Positions 13,639-21,572 of a stretch of DNA of 37,095 nt are shown piece after piece. The notes under the pieces were generated by a model, which had not been told where the DNA came from, did not search any database, and was given only the letters and a program-made list of their open reading frames with translations. Within the stretch, counting starts at the first letter, position 1; the number at the start of each line of letters is the position of its first letter. The DNA is from Oscillospiraceae bacterium (lineage in GTDB: Bacteria > Bacillota > Clostridia > Oscillospirales > Oscillospiraceae): positions 1 to 37,095 of the forward strand of contig JAZLFI010000127.1 of the NCBI GenBank assembly GCA_045615725.1. The letters are read 5' to 3'. The translations under genes were made by a program, and so were the position numbers.

Positions 13639-15684
13639 ATGAGTAAGAAAATTATCAGCCTGCTTTTGTGCATTGTCATGGTTTTCGGCCTTGGCGTAAG
13701 CGCATTTGCGGCACAGCCTTCTTATGAGACAATAACCGGTACATACAACTATTGTCCCACTCTGGGTTTTCTGGACCCTGTACCCAACCAGACCAGCACA
13801 TTTACTTACAGCGATGAGTACTTTACCAACTCCGGCTATGAGTACAATCACGATCTTGCAATCATGTCAATGATTCTGATGCAGACTGCATTCTCCAGCG
13901 CAACCAGTTCCATCAAGGGCTGGGATACCGCAACAAGCAACTTTAACGACCTAGTCAAGAAATGCGGTTTCTCTGATATCGATTCAAATGCCGACGCTGT
14001 AAGTCATCCCGGCGGCGAAACCATCGGTGCAATGGCAGCGGCCAAGAAAATTGTTGATGACGGTCAGCACTACACCCTTATTGCGCTCGGCATCCGCGGC
14101 CATAACTACGGCGGCGAGTGGTACTCCAACTTCGACCTCGGCGTAACAGGCGAGCACAAGGGCTTTGCAGATGCACGCGATAAAGTCCTTTCTTTCCTTA
14201 AGAGCTATGTTGCAGAGCATAACATCAAGGGCAACGTAAAAATTTGGGTAACAGGCTACAGCCGCGGCGCTATTGCTGCCAACATGGTCGGCGGCAAGCT
14301 TGACCAGGGCTTCGACCTTGGCAAAGCAAAGCTTAACCCCGAAGACCTTTACTGCTACACCTTTGAAACTCCCCAGGGCGTTTACGATAAGGATGCACGT
14401 TCCGCACTTTACGGCAACATCCACAACATCCTCAACCACAACGACCTTGTTCCTCTGGTAAGCTTTTCTGAATGGGGTCATACCCGCTACGGCGTAGATT
14501 ACTATCTGCCTTGCCGTCAGCTGGATGACATTTACTATGACCTGAAGCCCACCGTTGATGCACAGCTGGATCAGCTTGGTTGGATGAACCTCCTCGGTCT
14601 GACTCTGAACACCATTGATGACTTCCACTACCTGTCACTCAATCCCATCACCGCAATCCAGAAGAAGAACTACACTCAGATTGAGTTCTATCCCGAAGCA
14701 TTTGACGCACTGTTTGATTCTCTTGCACCCACCCGCGAGTACTATGTAAAGTACATGCAGGCGGACATTCAGGAAGTCAGCAAAACTCTTCTCGGCGTTG
14801 ATACAGGCCGACTGCTCAATGCAGTTGCAATCTTCGGACAGAAGTTCACTCAGCTTGATAACCTTTCCGAGCTTCTCGGTTCTCTCACCGCCGGCATTGG
14901 CGACGGCAATGTTGTTGATGTAATTGTTGATCTCTTCATGGAGGCAATGCAGGAAGCTCAGTGCGCAGATTATAACGGCGACCAGGTTCGCGCCGCTCTC
15001 AAGAATCTCGTTCCCAAGCTTCTCGTAATGGTTAAGGATCATCCCGACACCGTTATCACCCTTCTGGGCAACATCTTCCAAATTCTCAATGCTCACTTCC
15101 CCGAAGTAGGCCTTACCTGGCTCCGTGTAACTCCCGCATCCTTCTTCGAAGCACAGAATCCCCACTTCTTCAGCGATGTTGCAAAGGGAAGCTACTGCTA
15201 TGATGCAGTAATGTGGGCATATAAGGAAGGAATTGCAAAGGGCTTCAGCTCAACCACCTTTGCTCCCAATCAGGCCTGCACCCGCGGTCAGGTTGTAACC
15301 TTCCTGTGGCGTGCCGCAGGTTGTCCCGCAGCTAAGGGCGCATGCCCCTTCAAGGATGTATCCGCATCCAGCCCCTATGCAGAGGCAATTGCATGGGCAG
15401 CAGAGAAGGGCATCACCGAGGGTTATGATGCAACTCATTTCAAGCCCGACCAGACCGTAACCCGCGCGCAGTTCGTAACCTTCCTGTGGCGCTATGAGGG
15501 TCAGCCTTCTGTCAAGGGCAGCTGCCCCTTCACCGATGTTGACAGCGCAAGCCCCTACTACACCGCAATCTGCTGGGCTGCAAAGAACAACATCACCAAG
15601 GGCTTTGACGCAACTCACTTCCAGCCCAATGATGCCTGCACCCGCGGACAGGTTGTAACCTTCATTTACCGCGACATGGCATAA
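13639..15684 (+). CDS. Secreted alpha/beta-hydrolase (lipase-like, GxSxG = GYSRG) with three C-terminal SLH repeats
   Basis: Start moved to the ATG at 13639 (MSKKIISLLLCIVMVFGLGVSAFA), with GAGGAG RBS. Nucleophile elbow KIWVTGYSRGAIAANMVG. C-terminal 172 aa form SLH repeats nearly identical to those of 10815-12413. Confidence 0.8.
   Translation: MSKKIISLLLCIVMVFGLGVSAFAAQPSYETITGTYNYCPTLGFLDPVPNQTSTFTYSDEYFTNSGYEYNHDLAIMSMILMQTAFSSATSSIKGWDTATSNFNDLVKKCGFSDIDSNADAVSHPGGETIGAMAAAKKIVDDGQHYTLIALGIRGHNYGGEWYSNFDLGVTGEHKGFADARDKVLSFLKSYVAEHNIKGNVKIWVTGYSRGAIAANMVGGKLDQGFDLGKAKLNPEDLYCYTFETPQGVYDKDARSALYGNIHNILNHNDLVPLVSFSEWGHTRYGVDYYLPCRQLDDIYYDLKPTVDAQLDQLGWMNLLGLTLNTIDDFHYLSLNPITAIQKKNYTQIEFYPEAFDALFDSLAPTREYYVKYMQADIQEVSKTLLGVDTGRLLNAVAIFGQKFTQLDNLSELLGSLTAGIGDGNVVDVIVDLFMEAMQEAQCADYNGDQVRAALKNLVPKLLVMVKDHPDTVITLLGNIFQILNAHFPEVGLTWLRVTPASFFEAQNPHFFSDVAKGSYCYDAVMWAYKEGIAKGFSSTTFAPNQACTRGQVVTFLWRAAGCPAAKGACPFKDVSASSPYAEAIAWAAEKGITEGYDATHFKPDQTVTRAQFVTFLWRYEGQPSVKGSCPFTDVDSASPYYTAICWAAKNNITKGFDATHFQPNDACTRGQVVTFIYRDMA
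15166..15681 (+). repeat. SLH triple-repeat module, right arm of the inverted repeat
   Basis: See 10818-11333. Confidence 0.8.
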
Positions 15685-15691
15685 ATAAACT

Positions 15692-15728
15692 AAAAGAGAC
15701 CGAAATCAACGATTTCGGCCTCTTTTTT
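15692..15728 (+). terminator. Rho-independent terminator after the lipase-SLH gene
   Basis: AAAAGAGACCGAAATC-AAC-GATTTCGGCCTCTTTT followed by TTG. The stem has one mismatch. Confidence 0.75.
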
Positions 15729-15732
15729 GCTT

Positions 15733-15768
15733 TTGTACGCAATTGTACACTTGACTGATTTTTGTACA
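15733..15768 (+). promoter_or_regulatory. Three direct TTGTAC(A) repeats around the hydrolase promoter
   Basis: TTGTAC at 15733, 15743 and 15762. Spacings are 10 and 19 bp, and the third copy lies inside the promoter spacer. Confidence 0.3.
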
Positions 15769-15779
15769 TATGTTATTAT
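15751..15779 (+). promoter_or_regulatory. Sigma-A-like promoter of the secreted alpha/beta hydrolase gene
   Basis: TTGACT (15751-15756), 17-nt spacer, TATTAT (15774-15779). Confidence 0.45.
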
Positions 15780-15823
15780 TTGGACAAAGATAAAACAAAA
15801 TATTAACGAATAGGAGAAACGAA

Positions 15824-16642
15824 ATGAAAAGACGCGCTTTATCACTGATTCTGGCATTACTTCTCGCAGTATCCCTGTTCGGCACCTCGGCATTTGCCGC
15901 AGGCGCAAGCACGCAGTGCCTCACACCCAATACAGCCACCGTGGGCACGGTCAAAGACTTAAAGGGCATTTCAGGCGATATTATCGTTTATCCCAAAGCT
16001 CTTGAAACCACCGACGCAAAGTATCCCGTAATTGCATGGGCAAACGGAACAGGCTGTATAACCCAGCTTTACTATCAGCTGTTTACAAAGTTTGCCGAGG
16101 CAGGATATATCGTCATTGCCGATACAAACGTCATGGCAGGTGACGGCAAATCTCTCATCCAGTCCATTGATTACATAATTGCAAAGAACGCAGACCCCAA
16201 CAGCATTTTCTACAACAAGGTCGATGTAGATAATATCGGTGCATCCGGTCACTCCCAGGGCGGCAAGGGCTCGGTATGTGCCGCCGCAAAGGACAGCCGC
16301 ATTAAGTGCATCCTCTCCATTGCAGGCGCAAGCACCGCAGATGAGGCAAAAGGAGTTACCTGTCCCGCATTTTATATGACGGGTTCTGCCGACCTTATTG
16401 TTCTTTCTTCCATGTGGGTAAAACCCTCCTACAAGGCAAGCAACGGCCCTGCAGTTTATGCCTGCCTCAAGAATGCACCCCATACCACCTGCATGTTCGT
16501 TCCCGATAGAATTGCCGAATACGGCATCCAGTGGTTTGACGCATATCTTAAGAATGACGGCAACATGGAAATGCTACAGCAGTTCGCAATCAATATAGTG
16601 AATGACTCCCACTGGAAAGACTGTGCCTGCAGAAACTACTGA
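15824..16642 (+). CDS. Secreted alpha/beta hydrolase (dienelactone-hydrolase/cutinase/PET-hydrolase-like esterase)
   Basis: Signal peptide MKRRALSLILALLLAVSLFGTSAFA, nucleophile elbow IGASGHSQGGKGS, candidate acid in TGSADLIV and candidate His in KNAPHTT. The Ser-Asp-His order and ~250 aa mature size fit. AGGAGA RBS. Confidence 0.75.
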   Translation: MKRRALSLILALLLAVSLFGTSAFAAGASTQCLTPNTATVGTVKDLKGISGDIIVYPKALETTDAKYPVIAWANGTGCITQLYYQLFTKFAEAGYIVIADTNVMAGDGKSLIQSIDYIIAKNADPNSIFYNKVDVDNIGASGHSQGGKGSVCAAAKDSRIKCILSIAGASTADEAKGVTCPAFYMTGSADLIVLSSMWVKPSYKASNGPAVYACLKNAPHTTCMFVPDRIAEYGIQWFDAYLKNDGNMEMLQQFAINIVNDSHWKDCACRNY

Positions 16643-16652
16643 TTAAATAAAC

Positions 16653-16686
16653 AAAAAGCCTTTACCGATTGGTAAAGGCTTTTTTT
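16653..16686. terminator. Bidirectional rho-independent terminator between the hydrolase and CARF-nuclease genes
   Basis: AAAAAGCCTTTACC-GATT-GGTAAAGGCTTTTT followed by TT. Perfect 14-bp stem. Confidence 0.75.
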
Positions 16687-16687
16687 A

Positions 16688-17857
16688 TTACTGCATAAGC
16701 TTTGTTATAAGGTTTTTCGTGTTTCCGAGTTTAATATCCTCAAGATCGATTACCGCGATATCAAGCTCAGATGCGCGGTGACGGGTTATGTTCTGACAGC
16801 GCTTTGTGGTTACGATAGCTGCCTTTGCGATGTTGCCGCCGAAGCGGTCACGCAGTATGGCAAGCTCGTTGAGCGCCTCTGTGCTTACCTCGCAGGTCTT
16901 ACAGCTTATGAAAAGGGGAACAATGCCCTGCATTGCCATAACGTCAATCTCGTTTGTGACGTTATCCTGCCTGTTATCACCCTCCCAGTCGACGATTGCG
17001 CTTGTGCGCACGTCGTTAAACAGCCCTGTGTCAAGGCAGGTTTTGTATATGTAAAGCTCAAGCACACTGCCGATATCGCGAAGCCATGTGCGAATCTGCT
17101 GGTCTTTGAATGTGAATTCCACACTGTCGCCGTATATGCCGACATTGCTTATGAAACCCAGCTTCTGAAGCTCATAAAGCACATTTTCGGGTGCGTCTAT
17201 GCGGCTTCCGCGTTCGCCCTTAACTGTGTAAGGAGCGCTGACGTCAAGTGGAGGAGCAAATCCCTTTTCCGCCTGGGATGCACGCTGAATATAGTTTACG
17301 GTGCGTGTCCAGTCATTGCGGTTGCGGAGATAGAGCATGAAGAAGGGGTCAATGTCGTTCAAATAGTTGCTGAGAATTGCGTTATCGACTCTGCCCATGC
17401 GCAGTGCACCGCCTGCCATGAGAAAGCAGTCTTCAACACTGTGGCTTATGTTGCAGGGAAGCTCGTTTGCAAAGTCGGCATCATGAATGTTGAAGAAGCA
17501 GTTGCGTCTGCGGCTGTATGTAAAGGTGGGGATGCCATATTCAGCGCAAAGCTTGCCGCCTGCGAAAAGTGCCGCATCGGTGCCGCCTGTTATATCCAGT
17601 ACACATTCGGGATATTTTTCGGTAATGGAGCGGAGCTGTTTTTCAATCTTATGACTGTTGTACAGACTGCATTCGAGGAAAATCAGCTCGGTGTCAATGC
17701 CGCGATGTTTGAAATATTCCGCAAGTTTTGCGCGGATTGTTTTGTTCATTGAAACCTCAGGCGGGCAGAGAAACACAGTGCGCTGGGGTCTGAACATCTC
17801 GGTTGCGAGCACGTTTTCAATGGGCCTTTCGTCGTAAAGTTCAATTAAAGTTTTCAT
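16688..17857 (-). CDS. CARF domain + PD-(D/E)xK nuclease-fold protein (Card1/Can2-like, DUF1887-type)
   Basis: N-terminal Rossmann-like region with the DITGGTD loop (compare the hTGGTK loop of this family). C-terminal GSVLELYIYKT...NEIDVMAMQGIVPLFISCKT resembles the G.W.E.Y helix plus D...ExK core, but with Ser at the E position. The ATG at 17857 lies 1 nt after the truA stop. An alternative ATG at 17872 would overlap truA by 14 nt. Confidence 0.65.
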   Translation of the reverse strand: MKTLIELYDERPIENVLATEMFRPQRTVFLCPPEVSMNKTIRAKLAEYFKHRGIDTELIFLECSLYNSHKIEKQLRSITEKYPECVLDITGGTDAALFAGGKLCAEYGIPTFTYSRRRNCFFNIHDADFANELPCNISHSVEDCFLMAGGALRMGRVDNAILSNYLNDIDPFFMLYLRNRNDWTRTVNYIQRASQAEKGFAPPLDVSAPYTVKGERGSRIDAPENVLYELQKLGFISNVGIYGDSVEFTFKDQQIRTWLRDIGSVLELYIYKTCLDTGLFNDVRTSAIVDWEGDNRQDNVTNEIDVMAMQGIVPLFISCKTCEVSTEALNELAILRDRFGGNIAKAAIVTTKRCQNITRHRASELDIAVIDLEDIKLGNTKNLITKLMQ

Positions 17858-17858
17858 A

Positions 17859-18596
17859 TCAGTAATACACATCCCATAAAGTTAATCCCTTTGCCGGAGC
17901 GGTGAAGCCTGCATTTTTTCTGTCGCGTGAATCAAGTGCTTCCCGAGCGGACTTGATGCTTCTCGCACCCGTTCCGACCTCGAGCAGAGTGCCGATAATT
18001 ATACGCACCATGTTGTATAAAAATCCGCTGCCCGTAACGGAAAAGCGGATTTCGCCGTTTTCCCGGGAAATATCTATTTCGTCAATGCGCCTTACAGCGC
18101 TTTTTTTCATGTGTTTTGCGGAGGTGAATGCGGAAAAGTCATGCTCACCGACTAATGCCGAAGCCGCCGACTTCATTGCCTCAATATCCAATGAGTCGGG
18201 ATAGTTATAAACATACTTCCGCTCAAATACATTAGGCTCGGGGCTGCACCATACGCGATATACATAGGTCTTTCCCCTGCAGTTAAGCCGTGCGTGAAAA
18301 CGGGGAGGGGCATCCTCAAGCGATACCGCGCCTATATCCTCGGGAAGATACTTTCTTATCTCAGCGAGAAGCCAAGAGCAATCCATGTCTGTTTCCGCGA
18401 GGAAAGAGCAAACCTGCTTCCTTGCGTGAACTCCCGCATCAGTGCGACCGCTTGCGGCGACTTCTATGTCCTGCTCAAGCAGGCGCGACAGCAGGGTTTC
18501 AAGCTTTTGCTGTATTGTGTTTTCCGTATTGCCCTGCTTCTGCCAGCCGTCGTAGCGACTGCCGTCATAGCAAAGTGTCAGCTTAAAGTTTCTCAT
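17859..18596 (-). CDS. truA: tRNA pseudouridine(38-40) synthase TruA
   Basis: MRNFKLTLCYDGSRYDGWQKQ, ASGRTDAGVHA (catalytic Asp), FLYNMVR, 245 aa. Confidence 0.95.
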   Translation of the reverse strand: MRNFKLTLCYDGSRYDGWQKQGNTENTIQQKLETLLSRLLEQDIEVAASGRTDAGVHARKQVCSFLAETDMDCSWLLAEIRKYLPEDIGAVSLEDAPPRFHARLNCRGKTYVYRVWCSPEPNVFERKYVYNYPDSLDIEAMKSAASALVGEHDFSAFTSAKHMKKSAVRRIDEIDISRENGEIRFSVTGSGFLYNMVRIIIGTLLEVGTGARSIKSAREALDSRDRKNAGFTAPAKGLTLWDVYY

Positions 18597-18633
18597 TAAA
18601 ACCGCCGTCTGAAATAGAATTTTAGTTGCTTAT

Positions 18634-18661
18634 ATTTTAGTCCTTTTTTAATCTGTGTCAA
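18634..18661 (-). promoter_or_regulatory. Sigma-A-like promoter of truA (and the downstream CARF-nuclease gene)
   Basis: On the minus strand: TTGACA (18661-18656), 16-nt spacer, TAAAAT (18639-18634). Confidence 0.55.
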
Positions 18662-18686
18662 GAAGTGCGCGGAAAATGATATTTGC

Positions 18687-18715
18687 TTGACAATTTGCCG
18701 TAGTCTTATTAAAAT
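18687..18715 (+). promoter_or_regulatory. Sigma-A-like promoter of the SpoIIE-family sensor operon
   Basis: TTGACA (18687-18692), 17-nt spacer, TAAAAT (18710-18715). It lies back to back with the truA promoter. Confidence 0.6.
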
Positions 18716-18747
18716 TAAAGTATAAAAATATCTTGAGAGGAATCGCC

Positions 18748-21561
18748 ATGAACTCTGCATATATAAGTTTGACAATGGTAGCACTTCTTCCTGTGATTGT
18801 GGCGGTATTTCTGTATTTCCTTGACAGGAATACGGCTTTCGGACAGGCGAAGCATATTACAAAACAGATAATATACGGCCTTATATTCGGCGTTATCGCA
18901 ATACTCGGAACGGAGTGCGGCGTACCGCTTAACGGTGCGCAGGTAAACTGCCGCGATGCCGCCGTGCTGATTGCAGGCCTTATGTTCGGCGCGCCTGCGG
19001 GTATTATTGCAGGCGTTATCGGTGCGGTTGAGCGCTGGTTTGCGGTTGCGTGGGGAATAGGCACATTTACCCGCACAGCATGCACAATCTCAACCTTTAT
19101 TGCCGGCATTTATGCCGCGGCACTGCGCAAGCACATGTTCGAGGATAAAAAGCCCGGTGTGCTGATGGCATTTGCAATCGGCATTGTAATGGAAGTTTTC
19201 CACATGACGATGATATTCGTCACCAATATGAATACTCCCGACCAGGCAATGGCAGTCATCCGCTCATGCTCCGTACCGCAGATATTCGCAAACGGATTCT
19301 CCGTTATGTTTGCGGCGCTGTTCCTCGCTATCATCGGAAGAGAAAGGCTTTCTGTCAATACTGAGCGGACTGCCCGCATATCGCAGACAATTCAGCGTTG
19401 GCTGCTTCTCGCGGTTGCCCTTGCATTTATCGTGACATCTTTCTTCCTTACAAGACTGCAGAATGAGCTAGCTGTAAATCAGATCGACACGCTTCTTGAC
19501 CTTGCAATCAGCGAAACCTCTGCCGATATCAGCGATGCCGCGGATGATAGTATCCTTGAAGCTACACATAATATCAAAAAAGAGCTGACTCACGATAACA
19601 TGGCAGAGGTTGCCGCGAAATACGGCGTTGCGGAAATCAGCGTTATTGATGAAAACGGCATAATCGTGGAAAGCACGGTACCGGAATACATTAACTTCGA
19701 TATGTTCTCGGGTCCTCAGTCGGCAGAGTTTCTCTGCCTGCTGGGAGGTACTGAAGAGTATATACAGGCATACGGACCAATTACCTCCGATAAATCCATT
19801 GAGAGAAAATATGCGGGTGTAAAAACCGACACGGGCTTTCTTCAGGTAGGCTACGATGCCGAGCAGTTCCAGAGGGACATTGACTCTCAGGTTCTGGGTA
19901 TTACCAAGAACCGTCATGTCGGAAAAAGCGGCTATATTCTTATTATAGATAAGCAGGGCCATTTGGTCAGCAGTCCTGTAGGTATGACAGACGAGAGTCT
20001 GCTCAAGGACGGCAAGGCAATCGGAGAAGTCCCCGAGAATACAACCATTACAATGACCATGAACGGCGAAACTGTCTACTGCCGCTACTGTATGGATGAG
20101 GGCTATTATATCATCTCCGTACTGCCCGCGCTTGAAGCACTGCAAAGTCGAAATGTCGCTCTGTATGTAAATACATTCCTTGAAATCCTTGTATTTGCAC
20201 TTCTGTTTGCCTTTATCTATATGCTGATAAAGAAGATTGTCGTAAACCGCATTGAGGATGTCAACAGCTCACTTGCAAGGATAACGGGCGGCGATTTGGA
20301 CGAGGTTGTAAATGTCCGTTCAAATCAGGAGTTTGCATCTCTTTCCGATGACATTAACCGCACTGTCGATACCCTTAAGCGTTATATCGACGAGGCATCT
20401 GCCCGAATTGATGCAGAGCTTGAGTTTGCAAAGAATATACAGAGCTCCGCACTGCCCAATATTTTCCCCGCATTCCCGAGGCGCAAGGACTTTGACATCT
20501 ATGCAAGCATGACTCCCGCCAAGGAAGTCGGCGGCGACTTCTATGATTTCTATATGACGGGCACGGATATGCTCCACTTCCTCGTTGCCGACGTATCGGG
20601 CAAGGGAATTCCCGCCGCAATGTTCATGATGCGCGCAAAAACCGAGCTGAAGAGCCTTACCGAAGCATCAACACCACTTGACGAAGTGTTTACGACGGGC
20701 AACCGGGCTCTTTGCGAGGGCAACGATGCAGGTATGTTCGTCACCGCATGGCAGGGAAGCGTTGATTTGCGAAAGGGCGTTATGCAGTATGCAAACGCAG
20801 GTCATAATCCACCGCTTGTCCGCCATGAAAACGGCAGGTTTGAATATCTCAGAACAAGGTCGGGCTTCATCCTTGCAGGTATGGACGGAGTTAAGTACAA
20901 AACACAGGAATACAAGCTTTCGCCCGGCGATATTGTGTATCTCTATACCGACGGCGTAACCGAGGCGACAAATTCGGGAAATATGCTTTACGGCGAGGAA
21001 CGCCTGCTTGAAGCAATAAATTCAAGAGAGTTTGACAGTATGGATGAGCTTTGTAAATTCATAAAATCAGATGTTGATGAGTTCGTCGGGGAAGCACCCC
21101 AGTTTGACGATATAACCATGCTCGCGTTTAAATATAACGGCGCATTGCCCGTTCCTACAATCCACTTTGACGAGGCACGCATTGAGGATATTCCCGCCGT
21201 TACGGAGTTCGTTGAATCCGAGCTTGAGAAGCTTGACTTCCCCATGAAGTCCACCATGCAGATGAGCGTTGCAATAGACGAGATTATGAGCAATATCGTC
21301 CGCTATGCTTATCCCGAAAAGCCGGGTCCCGTTACCGTAAAGCTCATTCCCATGGAAGAGCCCAACCGCGTATATCTCCGCTTCGAGGATGAGGGCATTC
21401 CTTACAATCCTCTTACCAATACCGACCCCGATGTTACACTTTCCGCAGAAGACCGCAAAATCGGCGGTCTGGGAATCTATATTGTCAAGAAGACAATGGA
21501 CAGCGTCAAGTACAAATACGAGGACGGCATGAACATCCTGTCCCTCAAGAAGCTGTATTAA
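18748..21561 (+). CDS. Multidomain membrane sensor phosphatase: LytS-type 5TM + extracytoplasmic Cache-like domain + HAMP + PP2C (SpoIIE) phosphatase + RsbW-like HATPase domain
   Basis: The ATG at 18748 (GAGAGG RBS) is preferred over the track TTG at 18733. LytS/5TMR pattern NCRDAAVLIAGLMFGAPAGIIAGVIGAVER. Two further TMs flank a ~200 aa loop. HAMP ITGGDLDEVV..SNQEFASLSDDIN. SpoIIE motifs GGDFYDF, ADVSGKGIPAAMFM, YTDGVTEA and QFDDITMLA. C-terminal AIDEIMSNIVRYAY...GGLGIYIVKK. Confidence 0.88.
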   Translation: MNSAYISLTMVALLPVIVAVFLYFLDRNTAFGQAKHITKQIIYGLIFGVIAILGTECGVPLNGAQVNCRDAAVLIAGLMFGAPAGIIAGVIGAVERWFAVAWGIGTFTRTACTISTFIAGIYAAALRKHMFEDKKPGVLMAFAIGIVMEVFHMTMIFVTNMNTPDQAMAVIRSCSVPQIFANGFSVMFAALFLAIIGRERLSVNTERTARISQTIQRWLLLAVALAFIVTSFFLTRLQNELAVNQIDTLLDLAISETSADISDAADDSILEATHNIKKELTHDNMAEVAAKYGVAEISVIDENGIIVESTVPEYINFDMFSGPQSAEFLCLLGGTEEYIQAYGPITSDKSIERKYAGVKTDTGFLQVGYDAEQFQRDIDSQVLGITKNRHVGKSGYILIIDKQGHLVSSPVGMTDESLLKDGKAIGEVPENTTITMTMNGETVYCRYCMDEGYYIISVLPALEALQSRNVALYVNTFLEILVFALLFAFIYMLIKKIVVNRIEDVNSSLARITGGDLDEVVNVRSNQEFASLSDDINRTVDTLKRYIDEASARIDAELEFAKNIQSSALPNIFPAFPRRKDFDIYASMTPAKEVGGDFYDFYMTGTDMLHFLVADVSGKGIPAAMFMMRAKTELKSLTEASTPLDEVFTTGNRALCEGNDAGMFVTAWQGSVDLRKGVMQYANAGHNPPLVRHENGRFEYLRTRSGFILAGMDGVKYKTQEYKLSPGDIVYLYTDGVTEATNSGNMLYGEERLLEAINSREFDSMDELCKFIKSDVDEFVGEAPQFDDITMLAFKYNGALPVPTIHFDEARIEDIPAVTEFVESELEKLDFPMKSTMQMSVAIDEIMSNIVRYAYPEKPGPVTVKLIPMEEPNRVYLRFEDEGIPYNPLTNTDPDVTLSAEDRKIGGLGIYIVKKTMDSVKYKYEDGMNILSLKKLY

Positions 21562-21572
21562 AGGGAGATGCG

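Noticed and set aside
13320-13679. 119-aa minus-strand ORF in the AT-rich intergenic region
   Set aside because: It runs through the promoter and the start codon of the lipase-SLH gene. It is Ile/Leu/Phe/Lys/Asn-rich as expected from translating AT-rich DNA, and it has no RBS.
13984-15165. 214-aa and 176-aa minus-strand ORFs inside the lipase-SLH gene, and 8266-8706 (+) inside the protease gene
   Set aside because: They lie antisense to frames with signal peptide, GxSxG, SLH or C11 motifs. They have no independent support.
10815-15684. Inverted ~0.5 kb repeats considered as the ends of a composite transposon or invertible switch with a recombinase
   Set aside because: The repeats are the in-frame SLH-coding ends of two functional genes. 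There is no transposase, invertase or integrase gene, and no target-site duplication is visible. I kept this only as a homologous-recombination and gene-conversion observation.
16778-17752. 324-aa plus-strand ORF antisense to the CARF-nuclease gene
   Set aside because: It has no RBS, no motifs and a Cys/Ala/Val-rich composition. The opposite frame has coherent domain motifs and is bounded by truA and a terminator.
18733-18747. Track start codons upstream of better-supported starts (18733 TTG, 27380, 13612, 13301, 8193, 2599, 32090)
   Set aside because: In each case an in-frame ATG further downstream is preceded by a GGAGG-like RBS at 5-10 nt. That ATG also yields a canonical signal peptide or a family-typical N-terminus. 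The upstream extensions add atypical residues and overlap promoter-like sequence.
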